The notes: generated from the sequence alone by a model not told the origin. Counted from the stretch's first letter, positions 39,874 to 49,623 are shown. The stretch is DNA of 64,000 bases from Bdellovibrionales bacterium (GCA_965203095.1 OZ241877.1:672001-736000), one strand, 5' to 3'. Made by a program: numbers and translations.

Positions 39874-40647
39874 TTAATCAAGAAGAGTGAGGATTTCATA
39901 AGGCTCATCCGCATTTTCATCTTTAATTAAAATGGTGTGTTCAAACTGAGCGGAAAGCCCGCCATCTTTTGTCTCATAATATCGGATGTTAGAACCGGGG
40001 ATGGGCAACTCTTTAATATCAGAAGAGTTTTGATTGATCATAGGCTCTACAGTGATACAGCTCCAAGGCTTTAAAATCTCCCCTCGCCCCTTTTTTCCAA
40101 AAGAGGGAACAAAAGGCTCATCGTGAAACTTTTTACCAATGCCATGCCCCCCAATCTCTCGGACGGGGAAAAAACCATTTCTCACAACATACTTTTCTAT
40201 GGCAAAACCAATATCCCCTGTCCTGCCTTTAGGCCGAATGGCTTGAATGCCTTTATGCATAGCGTTAAACGCACTTTTTGTAAGCTTTTTTGCTGAATCG
40301 GAAACCTCCCCCACAAAAAATGTCTTGGAAGTGTCCCCATAAAAACCATCCTTGATACAGGTCACATCCAAATTGACAATATCTCCTGACTTCAAAACTG
40401 AGCTGTCTGGCACACCATGGCAAATACAGCTGTTGACCGATGTGCATATTGATTTAGGAAAGCCCTGATAATTTAAAGGTGCTGGCTTTGCTCCCTGAGA
40501 CAAAATAAAATCATGGCACAATCGATCCAGCTCTTCTGTTTTTACACCGGGGCGGATATATTCCTCAATAAAAACCAAGACCTGTGCCGCTAACTGGCAG
40601 GAAGCCCGCATTAAGGGAATTTCCTCTAAAGACAAAACTTGAGCCAT
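39874..40647 (-). CDS. map: Methionine aminopeptidase type I
   Basis: FPKSICTSVN..CHG, GDTSKT, GHGIG..FH, EPMIN, SAQFEHT. Confidence 0.96.
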   Translation of the reverse strand: MAQVLSLEEIPLMRASCQLAAQVLVFIEEYIRPGVKTEELDRLCHDFILSQGAKPAPLNYQGFPKSICTSVNSCICHGVPDSSVLKSGDIVNLDVTCIKDGFYGDTSKTFFVGEVSDSAKKLTKSAFNAMHKGIQAIRPKGRTGDIGFAIEKYVVRNGFFPVREIGGHGIGKKFHDEPFVPSFGKKGRGEILKPWSCITVEPMINQNSSDIKELPIPGSNIRYYETKDGGLSAQFEHTILIKDENADEPYEILTLLD

Positions 40648-40695
40648 TGTTTTTTACTATTCATAGGGAAAACTGCTCTGTCTCCCTTAACACCA

Positions 40696-40720
40696 AAGAG
40701 ACCCTTAAACAGGGTCTCTT
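40696..40720. terminator. Hairpin downstream of the SWIB gene
   Basis: aagagaccc-ttaaaca-gggtctctt. Confidence 0.55.
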
Positions 40721-40748
40721 GTAATGATTTCAACTTACTGGAATAAAC

Positions 40749-41132
40749 TTAGTCTTTTAAATGCCGGTTAAGCCCTTTAGGAAGCTCAAACATACTGACA
40801 CTTTTTTTGCCAGGAAAAAGCTTTCCAAGAGCTGTGCCACCCACATTAATTTGACGGCGATTCTTTTTATCCTGCAATTTATGCTTGCGGATATACTCCC
40901 AAATCTTTTTGGTCGCCTGAGGGCGAGAAATGGAAGAAGAACCCACAATAGCCTTTAGATCGGGCGTAGTCTTAAAGCTCCTCATAAAGGCAGGGTTAGC
41001 TTTTCTCTTTTTCTTTTTCCCTCCTGCTTTTTTCTTTTTAACAACCTTCTTTTTTCGGACTGCTTTTTTCTTTTTAACAACCTTTTTCTTTTTAACTGCT
41101 TTCTTTTTTGTGGTTTTCTTTTTCTTTGCCAT
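40749..41132 (-). CDS. SWIB/MDM2 domain protein with Lys-rich histone-H1-like N-terminus
   Basis: KKKAV/KKKVV repeats, then SRPQATKKIWEYIRKHKLQDKKNRR...VSMFEL; GGAGG RBS. Confidence 0.88.
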   Translation of the reverse strand: MAKKKKTTKKKAVKKKKVVKKKKAVRKKKVVKKKKAGGKKKKRKANPAFMRSFKTTPDLKAIVGSSSISRPQATKKIWEYIRKHKLQDKKNRRQINVGGTALGKLFPGKKSVSMFELPKGLNRHLKD

Positions 41133-41413
41133 ACTATACCTCCGTTGTGATGTGATATGTTCCTTAACGATAAGGCCAAACAAACCAATTTTTCAAACAA
41201 AAAAATAATTTTTTTTAATTTTTTTATTTATCCAAGCTGGCTCAACCCCTAAAAACCAAACCGATCCCTTGCTTTTTGAGTGTTAAAAAAAGAGGGATAA
41301 GGGCCAAAAAACTCATAAATTAAGCTTTTCAGGAAGGTTTACCCCTCTCAATTCACTAAAATTAGCAAGTGCTCTCCTCTGTAAAAAAGGCCCTTCCCTT
41401 CGCCAGCTCAAAA

Positions 41414-41731
41414 TCAAGACTTTAGACTTTTTTTAGCACAGGGGGGAGAGGCGGAGAGCTTTCCCCCTCGCTCTTTAAACTCCTCAGGAGTTAGGGTTTT
41501 CTGTGAGAAGGCATGAATTGAGCCTCTTATCTGATCCGCAATGATATTATGAACCAATCTTTGCCTTTCAATAAGAGTGAGGCCAGTAAATTTTTCTGAA
41601 ACAATGAGAGCACGAAAATGGCTTTCGCTATTTGAGGGGACATTGTGGCGAGGGCTTTCATTGATAACCTCTAAAAAAACAGGCTCCAGCCCTTCCCGCA
41701 GTTGCTCCTCTAAAAGGCTTTGAACTGTCAT
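41414..41731 (-). CDS. bolA: BolA family protein
   Basis: NES..H, ESHF..IVS..F, RQRLV, IHA. Confidence 0.9.
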   Translation of the reverse strand: MTVQSLLEEQLREGLEPVFLEVINESPRHNVPSNSESHFRALIVSEKFTGLTLIERQRLVHNIIADQIRGSIHAFSQKTLTPEEFKERGGKLSASPPCAKKSLKS

Positions 41732-41775
41732 ACCCTTTTTTACAGCTATAGGGGAGGGATGTCAAAAACGAAAGC

Positions 41776-42882
41776 TTAAAACAGCTTTTTTTTCGGCTGG
41801 GAGACCTTCTCTTTTTTTAAGTCAGCAATTTCCCTTAAAAGCTCTTCCTCCCTTTTCTTTAACTTTTTAGGCATAGTCAGCTGGACCTCACATACTAAGT
41901 CCCCTCTTTCTGGATCATTTATCCCAGGTAGGCCCTGATGAGGGAGTCGTATTTGAAGGCCATGTGTGGCTCCGGGAGGGATTTTGAGAATCGCATCTCC
42001 CGTAAGCCCTTGGAAAGGCTTTTCCACCCCTAAAAGGGCTTGCAAATAAGTGATAGGGACAAGGGCCTTAAGGTTTTTCCCCTCTTTTGTAAATAGAGGA
42101 TGAGGCTTTAAACGGATTTCTAAATAAAAATCTCCGGGAGTCCCCCCGGCACCTCCTGGCTCTCCTTCACCCTGAAGGCGAAGCCTTGTCCTATTACTGA
42201 CACCTGGGGGAATTTTCACATTCAAAACTCTTTTTTTATGAACCGCCCCTTTGCCGTAACAGTTCCCACAGGGGCTTTCTAAAACAGAACCTTGCCCCTG
42301 GCAAAAAGAGCAAGAACTGGCAAAAGAAAAAAATCCTTTTTGAGATACTGTCTGCCCTCGTCCTCGGCATTGGGGGCATTTTTTCCTCTTTGTTCCGGGG
42401 CGAGCACCGGAACCATTACATATTGAACAAGAGCTATTGCCACGGAAAGATATCTCCTTTTCCGCCCCAGTGAGCACTTCTTTTAGATCTATCTCCACTT
42501 CATGACCGAGATCAGCCCCCTTTCTAACCCTACGAAATCCAGAAGGGGAGAACAAATCCTCAAAACCTCCTAAACCTCCTCCACCAAAAAAATCAGAAGA
42601 GCTAAAAATATCCTTAAATGTCTCAAAAATGTCGCCCACATCTTGAAAGCCTCCTCTCCCATTAAAAGCACCGTGGCCAAAGCGATCGTATTGCTCTCTT
42701 TTTTTGGGATCACTTAGGACTTGATACGCCTCAGAGGCCTCTTTAAACTTTTCCTCTTTGGCCTTATCCCCTTTATTGCGATCGGGATGATATTTAAAAG
42801 CCAGTTTCCTGTAGGCTTTTTTGATTTCATCCTGCCCTGCTCCTTTGGGGACAGACAAAACTTCATAGTAATCTTTGGGCAT
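41776..42882 (-). CDS. dnaJ: Chaperone DnaJ
   Basis: DYYEVL, HPD, G/F region, four CxxCxGxG repeats. Confidence 0.96.
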   Translation of the reverse strand: MPKDYYEVLSVPKGAGQDEIKKAYRKLAFKYHPDRNKGDKAKEEKFKEASEAYQVLSDPKKREQYDRFGHGAFNGRGGFQDVGDIFETFKDIFSSSDFFGGGGLGGFEDLFSPSGFRRVRKGADLGHEVEIDLKEVLTGAEKEISFRGNSSCSICNGSGARPGTKRKKCPQCRGRGQTVSQKGFFSFASSCSFCQGQGSVLESPCGNCYGKGAVHKKRVLNVKIPPGVSNRTRLRLQGEGEPGGAGGTPGDFYLEIRLKPHPLFTKEGKNLKALVPITYLQALLGVEKPFQGLTGDAILKIPPGATHGLQIRLPHQGLPGINDPERGDLVCEVQLTMPKKLKKREEELLREIADLKKEKVSQPKKKLF

Positions 42883-43192
42883 AAAAAAACCCTCCAGCAG
42901 TAAAGCCTTCAATAGCAAATAAGAGGTCAAAAACATTAAAAATCAAGCTTTTATTGCTGAGGAACCGCCTTTGGGATCTCTTCTTACAGGCTCTCAGGCT
43001 GTTTTAAGAACTCCCTCCCTTATACCCCCTCAATCTTGGAGGAGGCTTGATCTGTTCAAATTTTAAAAAACAAATCTAATGGATAAGCCTTCACTTGATT
43101 TTAAAAGCCTATAAGTATATGAAAAAGATAGGTAGGGCAAGGTAATAGTGAAATAAATGCCGGCCCACTTGTTGTTGTTCAAAAAAACATTG

Positions 43193-43282
43193 GCCCGAGT
43201 GGTGGAATTTGGTAGACACACAGGACTTAAAATCCTGCGGTTTTTTAAAACTGTGCCAGTTCAAGTCTGGCCTCGGGCACCA
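43193..43282 (+). tRNA. tRNA-Leu(TAA)
   Basis: GCCCGAG/CTCGGGC acceptor stem, CAGGA-CT TAA AA-TCCTG anticodon arm, long variable arm, GTTCAAG, CCA end. Confidence 0.95.
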
Positions 43283-43344
43283 TTGATTTGAGCTGAGGGA
43301 AAAAACCCCTTAATGCCCATGAACCTTTTTTTAAAAAAACTAAA

Positions 43345-43421
43345 GGCCACGTAGCTCAGTGGGATAGAGCAAGAGTTTCCTAAACTCTAGGTCGCGGGTT
43401 CAAGTCCTGCCGTGGTCGCCA
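43345..43421 (+). tRNA. tRNA-Arg(CCT)
   Basis: GGCCACG/CGTGGTC acceptor stem, AGAGT-TT CCT AA-ACTCT anticodon arm, GTTCAAG, CCA end. Confidence 0.95.
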
Positions 43422-43489
43422 TCATGGAATTTCAAACAAAGTTTATTAAAGTCACCTTGGAACAAGTAAAATGTCGACAATGTCTAATC

Positions 43490-43588
43490 TCTCCCTGAGT
43501 TCGCCATTTAATTAAGAAAAAAAGCTTGAAACCATCGGAAACAAGCCTTTTTTAATCTTATAAAATCTTATATTGAGGAACAGCCCTT
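43490..43588 (+). repeat. Direct repeat, left copy (~95 bp)
   Basis: tctccctgagttcgccatttaattaagaaaaaaagcttgaaaccatcggaaacaagcc...cagccctt, repeated at 45307-45398. Confidence 0.92.
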
Positions 43589-43606
43589 AGACATAAACCA
43601 ATAGTA

Positions 43607-44857
43607 TTATGCCGTCAATATTTTTGAAATATACACTTGAAACATTTTTGAATGCATTCTGTATTCACCAGTTCTATCCGGATTTTTTATAATAAGCTTC
43701 TTATTGGTTAAATCAGAAATAGCTACTCCTAATGAAGTTTTTTTCTTAGTGGATCGCTCCAATATCTTTTTACGAGAAACCCACTGATTTTCATTTCCTG
43801 AAAGATTTGCAATTATTTTTAATACTTCTTTATAATTTTGATTTTTTCTAATTTCATTATACATTTTACTAAAAAAAAGTTTTCCTAATTTTTTTACCGA
43901 ACCTTCGTAAAGAGCGTTCCCGTAAAGTCCTGCTTTTACATCTTTTTTCATTATTTTATCTTCCCCCGACATTGTAAAAGAAGAATAGCCAAGTTCCTGA
44001 ATAAGATGAGGGTAATTTTCAGAGTAAAATAAAATTTCTTTTACTGCCTTTGGGGATATAGCCTTTTTGGGCTTTCCATTTTCTAAGGCTTTTTCTATAA
44101 TCATTTTTGCTTCATTATCCGGCATTTTATCCAAAGTGACAGGAACAAATATCCTCAAAAAAGATTCATGACTGTCCGATAATCTTCCCATAATTTCCGG
44201 CATTCCAGAAAGAACAAGCATAAGATTACGACAATTATCATAAGCCAAATTTTCCTGCACTACTTTCCAAAAAGATGAAAAATTATCAAAGTCCCCCATT
44301 TTGTCTAATTCATCAATAATTATACAAATTGCATTCTTGATATTTTTTTTATCATCACTATCCTTTAAAACTCTGGCTGTTTTTCTTATACATTTTTCTG
44401 CATCTAAATATATTTTTCGTGGATTTTTACTTTTATCTTTGATCGTATATCCGCTTCCAAACAACTTTAATTCACTAAAAATTCCAATAACATCTTTTAA
44501 ACGATCTTTTATGCTTGTAAAAGATGGTTGCAAAGCCATATCTAACTCTTTGATAACTTGAGCAATAACGATTTCAGAGGGAGTGTTTTCTTGCACACTG
44601 ACATTAATCACCAGTAAAGGCTTATCTAAAAGTCCTTCTTTCCAAATGATCTGTTTTTCAGCTATAGCTTTTGTGACCATAGCAATAGAAGTTTTACCTA
44701 TACCCCGTTCCCCTGTGATCAATATGTTTTGGGGGTTAAAACTGGCTGTTTGATAGATACAAGTAGATATCTCATTCAGTTGTTGATACCTCCCCGCAAA
44801 AACTCCTGGAGGAACAGGATTGCCTGGTTGAAATGGATTAATAGTGACTATACTCAA
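43607..44857 (-). CDS. AAA+/STAND-like ATPase with probable C-terminal wHTH
   Basis: NPFQPG..FAGR, GERGIGKTS Walker A, IIIDELD Walker B, YPHLIQ; TTG start. Confidence 0.82.
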   Translation of the reverse strand: MSIVTINPFQPGNPVPPGVFAGRYQQLNEISTCIYQTASFNPQNILITGERGIGKTSIAMVTKAIAEKQIIWKEGLLDKPLLVINVSVQENTPSEIVIAQVIKELDMALQPSFTSIKDRLKDVIGIFSELKLFGSGYTIKDKSKNPRKIYLDAEKCIRKTARVLKDSDDKKNIKNAICIIIDELDKMGDFDNFSSFWKVVQENLAYDNCRNLMLVLSGMPEIMGRLSDSHESFLRIFVPVTLDKMPDNEAKMIIEKALENGKPKKAISPKAVKEILFYSENYPHLIQELGYSSFTMSGEDKIMKKDVKAGLYGNALYEGSVKKLGKLFFSKMYNEIRKNQNYKEVLKIIANLSGNENQWVSRKKILERSTKKKTSLGVAISDLTNKKLIIKNPDRTGEYRMHSKMFQVYISKILTA

Positions 44858-44971
44858 AAAAGCTCTCCAATTTTATTAAGCCAAAATACTATTCCTGTAT
44901 TCCATCTTAATGGTTAAAGAATCTACTTTCAAAAATTACAGTTTGTTTGTAGGCTTTTCAAGGTCCTTTCA

Positions 44972-45281
44972 CCCTTTTTAAAGACTTACCGCCAGTTTAC
45001 CGCCCACTTACCGCCCACTTACCGCCCTTTTTAAAGACTTACCGCCAGTTTACCGCCCACTTACCGCCCATTTACCGCCCTTTTTAAAGACTTACCGCCA
45101 GTTTACCGCCCACTTACCGCCCACTTACCGCCCTTTTTAAAGACTTACCGCCAGTTTACCGCCCACTTACCGCCCATTTACCGCCCTTTTTAAAGACTTA
45201 CCGCCAGTTTACCACCCACTTACCGCCCATTTACCGCCCTTTTTAAAGACTTACCGCCAGTTTACCACCCACTTACCGCCA
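44972..45281. repeat. Tandem array of about 5.8 x 53 bp with internal 11-bp TTACCGCC(C/A) subunits
   Basis: Unit ccctttttaaagac-ttaccgccagt-ttaccgcccac-ttaccgcccaY-ttaccg; starts at 44972, 45025, 45078, 45131, 45184, 45237. Confidence 0.95.
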
Positions 45282-45306
45282 TTTTTTAGAGCCTTTGATT
45301 ATATCT

Positions 45307-45398
45307 TCTCCCTGAGTTCGCCATTTAATTAAGAAAAAAAGCTTGAAACCATCGGAAACAAGCCTTTTTTAAAAATCTTATATTGAAGCACAGCCCTT
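45307..45398 (+). repeat. Direct repeat, right copy
   Basis: Near-identical to 43490-43588 with a short indel. Confidence 0.92.
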
Positions 45399-45432
45399 CA
45401 ACTGGAAAAAATTCCATTTTTTTCACTTTTTT

Positions 45433-45459
45433 TAAAGTTTTTTTAGATTCAACCGATAA
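45433..45459 (+). promoter_or_regulatory. Sigma28 (FliA)-like promoter
   Basis: TAAA-N15-ACCGATAA versus consensus TAAA-N15-GCCGATAA. Confidence 0.6.
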
Positions 45460-45593
45460 GTAAGTATAACAGGAAAAGCAAGCATTCAGCCCGTGTGATT
45501 TTATTCAGCGGGTTGTTTGTTTATGGTCACAACACTTACTTGACTCCTCAAAAGTGACTGTGGTCCAATCAGCTCATAACATTATGAGGGATT

Positions 45594-45782
45594 ATGGGAA
45601 GTTTAGATCTTGTTGTGGCAACGGTTATAGCTGTTTGCTCTCTTTTAGGTTTTCAGTTTGGACTGATTTATTTTCTTTTGAATGCAAAAATAACCCCACT
45701 TGAAAAGAGGATAGACAACCTTGAGGCAGGACAGGCCAAGATTTTAGCTATCCTCGAGAAAATAAAGCCTCAAGACTCTTAA
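45594..45782 (+). CDS. Small TM + coiled-coil peptide
   Basis: GAGGG RBS, hydrophobic N-half, LLNAKITPLEKRIDNLEAGQAK; related remnant near 54438-54518. Confidence 0.55.
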   Translation: MGSLDLVVATVIAVCSLLGFQFGLIYFLLNAKITPLEKRIDNLEAGQAKILAILEKIKPQDS

Positions 45783-45964
45783 AACCTCTATTTTTACTTT
45801 AACCCCCTGTTTTAGCCCCTCTTATACAAGGCTAAGGGCGGGATTTTTGCTTTTTATAACAAAATAAGCCCTCTATTGTTCATAATTTGTGGGCAAATCT
45901 AAAGTTTTCTCTCAAAAGAACCGATAGATAAATTAGTCATAGCTAACCAAAAAAGGTAAAAATT

Positions 45965-47170
45965 ATGAAAGGAAAAATCTCTGACTTTTTGAAACTCTTT
46001 TTAGCCTTCTATGAAAAAGCCTTAGTAGTCGCCCGTAAATTGAGTTCCCGCAAAAGTGAGAATCCCAGCTTTCAAAAACAGAGGGCAGGGCACAATTTAA
46101 AATTTATCCCTTTGGCTTTACTCATAGGTTGTATGCCCCCCCCCGGTTATGGCCCCGGCCCTGGTGGAGGCTATAACCCGAACTACTACCCCTCCACTGG
46201 TGTAGGAGGGCCCCCTGGTGGCAGTGCTACTCCTCCACGAAGTGATGCTGAATATGATGCAAAAAAAGCCAGAGATAGTGATAGAGCGGAGGTGTTAAAT
46301 AATTCTCGAAGCAGGGGGGGAGATCTTTGTGAAGATGAAAGCAAAAACCATGACTGTAGGGCACAATGTAAGGAAATGTATCGGAACGGCAATGATCGAG
46401 AAGATTGTGAGGAGCTACCCACCGATCAAGTGGAAAAACTATTAGATGTTCACAGAGCTTTAAAAAACCCCTCCGGTGATAAATTGGAGAACATTGATCT
46501 GGAAGATCTGGAAGTCTATCTTAATGTCTCTATTGCGGCTTTTGACAAAGTAGTGACTAGAGAGTATAGAAGGAGTGACGCAGAGGATATCTTTTTGTGG
46601 CTTACAGATGATGAGGAAGTGGCTGATTTACTAAAGGATGAAGATGATGATTATAGAACTCTTGAGGGCCTTCTTAAAGTAATTCAATCTTATAGTAGTA
46701 GCAGTGAGGTAGAAAAACCTTTTCAAAGAGAGCTTTACAGGGATGATACCCTTTTTGAGATGGCCATAGAAGCAGGTAATGAAACGGCCGCGGAGTATTT
46801 TTTAGAGTATATTTTTGAAAAGAGTAGCCACTGCCGTAATGGTCAAGAAGTCTCTCAAGAATGTTGGGGGGTGATTTGTGCCATTGGGAAAGACTTTAAC
46901 GACTCTGACAATCGATTGGATTTTTTGGAGAATTTTTCCGTATTCTCCAATTATGTGGATGATATTATTACCGGGGATAGAAATCCTATTACTGGTGGTG
47001 TAAATGGGGGAAACTGGCTACCTGACACCCGGAGACCCACAACCCAAAATGCAAACACAAGATATAAAACATCGGATGATGTGATAGCGAATGAAAAAAA
47101 AGGCGATTGGTGTAAGGCTCTTTGTGTGGGTGCAGGTGGAATCACTGCTGAAGCACAATGCAGTTCCTAA
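45965..47170 (+). CDS. Cys-rich acidic putative lipoprotein
   Basis: LALLIGC lipobox-like, Pro/Gly linker, multiple Cys, D/E-rich; start uncertain. Confidence 0.65.
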   Translation: MKGKISDFLKLFLAFYEKALVVARKLSSRKSENPSFQKQRAGHNLKFIPLALLIGCMPPPGYGPGPGGGYNPNYYPSTGVGGPPGGSATPPRSDAEYDAKKARDSDRAEVLNNSRSRGGDLCEDESKNHDCRAQCKEMYRNGNDREDCEELPTDQVEKLLDVHRALKNPSGDKLENIDLEDLEVYLNVSIAAFDKVVTREYRRSDAEDIFLWLTDDEEVADLLKDEDDDYRTLEGLLKVIQSYSSSSEVEKPFQRELYRDDTLFEMAIEAGNETAAEYFLEYIFEKSSHCRNGQEVSQECWGVICAIGKDFNDSDNRLDFLENFSVFSNYVDDIITGDRNPITGGVNGGNWLPDTRRPTTQNANTRYKTSDDVIANEKKGDWCKALCVGAGGITAEAQCSS

Positions 47171-47255
47171 GCCCCTCACATTCTATAGATGCCGTTCCTA
47201 AAACCCTCACATTCTATAGCAAATTGCAAGTTCCTAAGCCCCTCACATTCTATAG
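47163..47255 (+). repeat. Three 26-bp direct repeats at the lipoprotein gene end
   Basis: gttcctaagcccctcacattctatag at 47163, 47194 (2 mismatches) and 47230; gaps of 5 and 10 bp. Confidence 0.85.
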
Positions 47256-47348
47256 GTTCATGACACTTTAACAGCTTGTATTTTTATCTAAACTACTTTA
47301 AGCTTAAAAGCTTGTGAGGCTTTTAAAAACAAACGATAAGGTTTTTTT

Positions 47349-48365
47349 ATGAAAAAGAACAAATCTCAAGTCCAAAGCAAGAAACCAAAACTCAGTCACG
47401 ATAATTTTTTTAAACTCTTTTACTCTGACATAGAACTTGCCAAAGACCTGCTAAAACTTATTTTCTCAAAAAAAGAACTTAGAGCCTACAATTTAAACCA
47501 GTTGAAAATAGAAAAAGACACTTTTGAGGCCAAAAGAGCTGATCTTATCTTTTCCCTCCCTTTTAAAAATTATCCAAAAAACAGAGTCCAAATCTTCATT
47601 CTTTTAGAGCACAAAAGCCATTATGATAAAAACCTGTTTAGCCAGCTTTTAGACTATCAAGTATTGGGTAGAAGGCACAGTATCCAACAAAAAGGCTATC
47701 CTCAGCCTATAATCGCCGTGCTGTTTTATCACGGGGAACAGCCTCTTAAATGGAAAAAATCTCTCCAAGAAGAGGATTTTGGTTCTTTTTTTAAAAAAAT
47801 TCCTATGGAATCCCGAAAAAATATGTTAAACTACGAACCGAAGATAATAAACACGCGAGACCCGAAAATTCAAAAAGCCCTTAAGGCTGGGGAATTTAAG
47901 GGTTATAGTGTGATAAAGTTATTGTCTGAGGTATGGAGTTTAAAGAAGAAAATAACTCCATTAAAGGTAAGAGATGTTTATGCTGAGTTTGAGGAGATAT
48001 TGAAGGATTTGAAGGGGAAGGAGAGAAAGACTGTAGAGTTAAGGATATTGGAGTATTTAAGAGACAATACGGGATTGGATTTAAAAGTTTGGGAAAGGGC
48101 GGAAAAACTGCTTATATCCGAAGGGATATTAAAACAAGGAGGGCTTATGCAAGATGTTTGGGAAATTATCAAAGAGAAAGGTCGCTGGGAAGGCCGACAG
48201 GAAGGCCGACAGGAAGGACGACAAGAAGGACGACAGGAAGGCCGACAGGAAGGCCAACAAGAGATTGTCCAAAATATGCTGAAAGAGAAAGCAAATATTT
48301 CTTTTATTTCTAAAGTGACGGGTTTGTCTGAAAAGAAAATAAAACAGCTAAAAAACGGTTCTTAA
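47349..48365 (+). CDS. Rpn/YhgA family nuclease (copy 2, full length)
   Basis: HDNFFK, RADLIFS, LLEHKS, LFYHG, (EGRQ)n tail. Confidence 0.88.
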   Translation: MKKNKSQVQSKKPKLSHDNFFKLFYSDIELAKDLLKLIFSKKELRAYNLNQLKIEKDTFEAKRADLIFSLPFKNYPKNRVQIFILLEHKSHYDKNLFSQLLDYQVLGRRHSIQQKGYPQPIIAVLFYHGEQPLKWKKSLQEEDFGSFFKKIPMESRKNMLNYEPKIINTRDPKIQKALKAGEFKGYSVIKLLSEVWSLKKKITPLKVRDVYAEFEEILKDLKGKERKTVELRILEYLRDNTGLDLKVWERAEKLLISEGILKQGGLMQDVWEIIKEKGRWEGRQEGRQEGRQEGRQEGRQEGQQEIVQNMLKEKANISFISKVTGLSEKKIKQLKNGS

Positions 48366-48592
48366 AGTCTTTGATTCATAGCTGAAACTGGCCTATTAGA
48401 CTTTGGAAAAACAAGGATAGGAAAAACTATCGCCTTGCTAAGAGCTTATCTAACTTCTCTTTAAGCTCCTTTTGTCCAGATTCAAGCTTGGCTTGTCCCG
48501 ACGACTCAAGGCTTTCTATTCTTTTAAACCTTTTCGTGGAGGGCTAATTTATGGAATCAAAAAGAATACTAATAGAAAATAAAAAGGATATT

Positions 48593-48891
48593 TTAATTAT
48601 TTTTCTTGAAGTTCCACTTCGGATGGTCTTTAGTGCCTTTAAGAAGATTACAATCCCTACATAGAATTTGAAGATTATCAAAGTCTAATTCAAGATTTGG
48701 ATATTTAGATCGAGGTTTGATATGGTCTATTTCCAGATCGTTTTTGTTTCCGCAACGCATACAAATAGAGGGATATTTTTGGAAAACCTGAATCCGCAGA
48801 GCTTTCCGCTCAGGGCTATTGTAAAAAGATTCTTTGTTTTCAAGGTAAAATTCTTTACCTACTACATCTCTATATAATTCATTTTTTTCAT
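48593..48891 (-). pseudogene. HNH endonuclease, frameshifted (absent from the ORF track)
   Basis: FYNSPERKALRIQVFQKY..ICMRCG...LEIDHIKPRSKYPNLELDFDNLQILCRDCNLLKG. ATG 48891 is followed by an A7 run; A8 would restore the frame. Confidence 0.8.
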
Positions 48892-49011
48892 ATTGGTCCG
48901 GTTCTGAAGGGGTTAGTTATGTAGAAAATCAATGTTTTATAAGAGAGCATAGCAACACAATCTCCATAAATGGTCCTCAACTGGAGGCAATAATTTCACA
49001 CTTTAAATAAA

Positions 49012-49623
49012 TCAAGCAAATAATTTTAATAACAAATATTTATGTCTTTTGTTTAAATCTTCTATTTTTGTTAAAAGTTTTTTTCGTATTAAATCTTCAA
49101 CATGGAAAACCTTGATTATAGGAGATTCCTTTATAAAATTTGCCTTTTCAGGTATAATGGGAATAATATTATCTATTATGCCCTCTTCCATCCTTTCTTT
49201 TTTTATATAACTAAGACAATATGGAGTGACCCCTAAAATAAGAGTAGCATTTGCAAATATCGTCATATAAGCATTAAATATAACCCATATATCATCTGGT
49301 ATATAAGGTTGAATATCACTTTGAATATTCAATGTTTTTAACTTATTAGACAGTCGCTCTATCGTTTGTTTGGTTTGTAAGAGGTCTAAAAATTGCTGAA
49401 TTTTATGTTTTGTTGGCTCATCTGAGCTTTCTATTTTTTTAAAATCAAGTTTTCTCATTTGAGAATATAATATTTGTCCTTGGGTGAGAATACCAACAGC
49501 CTCTCTTAACTTTTTTATAGCTTTTAATTTTTTCTTGTATAAAAATAATTTTTTGTCCCAAAAATATTTTGCTCCATACCCAGCAAAAGCACTTATCAAT
49601 ATTATGACAATTTGTTCAAACAT
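49012..49623 (-). CDS. Hypothetical membrane-anchored protein
   Basis: N-terminal TM helix; co-oriented, 17 bp downstream of the split GHKL gene. Confidence 0.6.
   Translation of the reverse strand: MFEQIVIILISAFAGYGAKYFWDKKLFLYKKKLKAIKKLREAVGILTQGQILYSQMRKLDFKKIESSDEPTKHKIQQFLDLLQTKQTIERLSNKLKTLNIQSDIQPYIPDDIWVIFNAYMTIFANATLILGVTPYCLSYIKKERMEEGIIDNIIPIIPEKANFIKESPIIKVFHVEDLIRKKLLTKIEDLNKRHKYLLLKLFA

Noticed and set aside
42940..43055. Possible ncRNA (6S/SRP) upstream of dnaJ
   Set aside because: Only short complementary ends (atcaagc / gcttgat) and no diagnostic motif; needs an Rfam search.
44972..45281. CRISPR array
   Set aside because: Units are contiguous and near-identical with no unique spacers, and no cas genes are in the window.
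47163..47255. Mini CRISPR (repeats begin GTT)
   Set aside because: Gaps of 5 and 10 bp are far too short for spacers.
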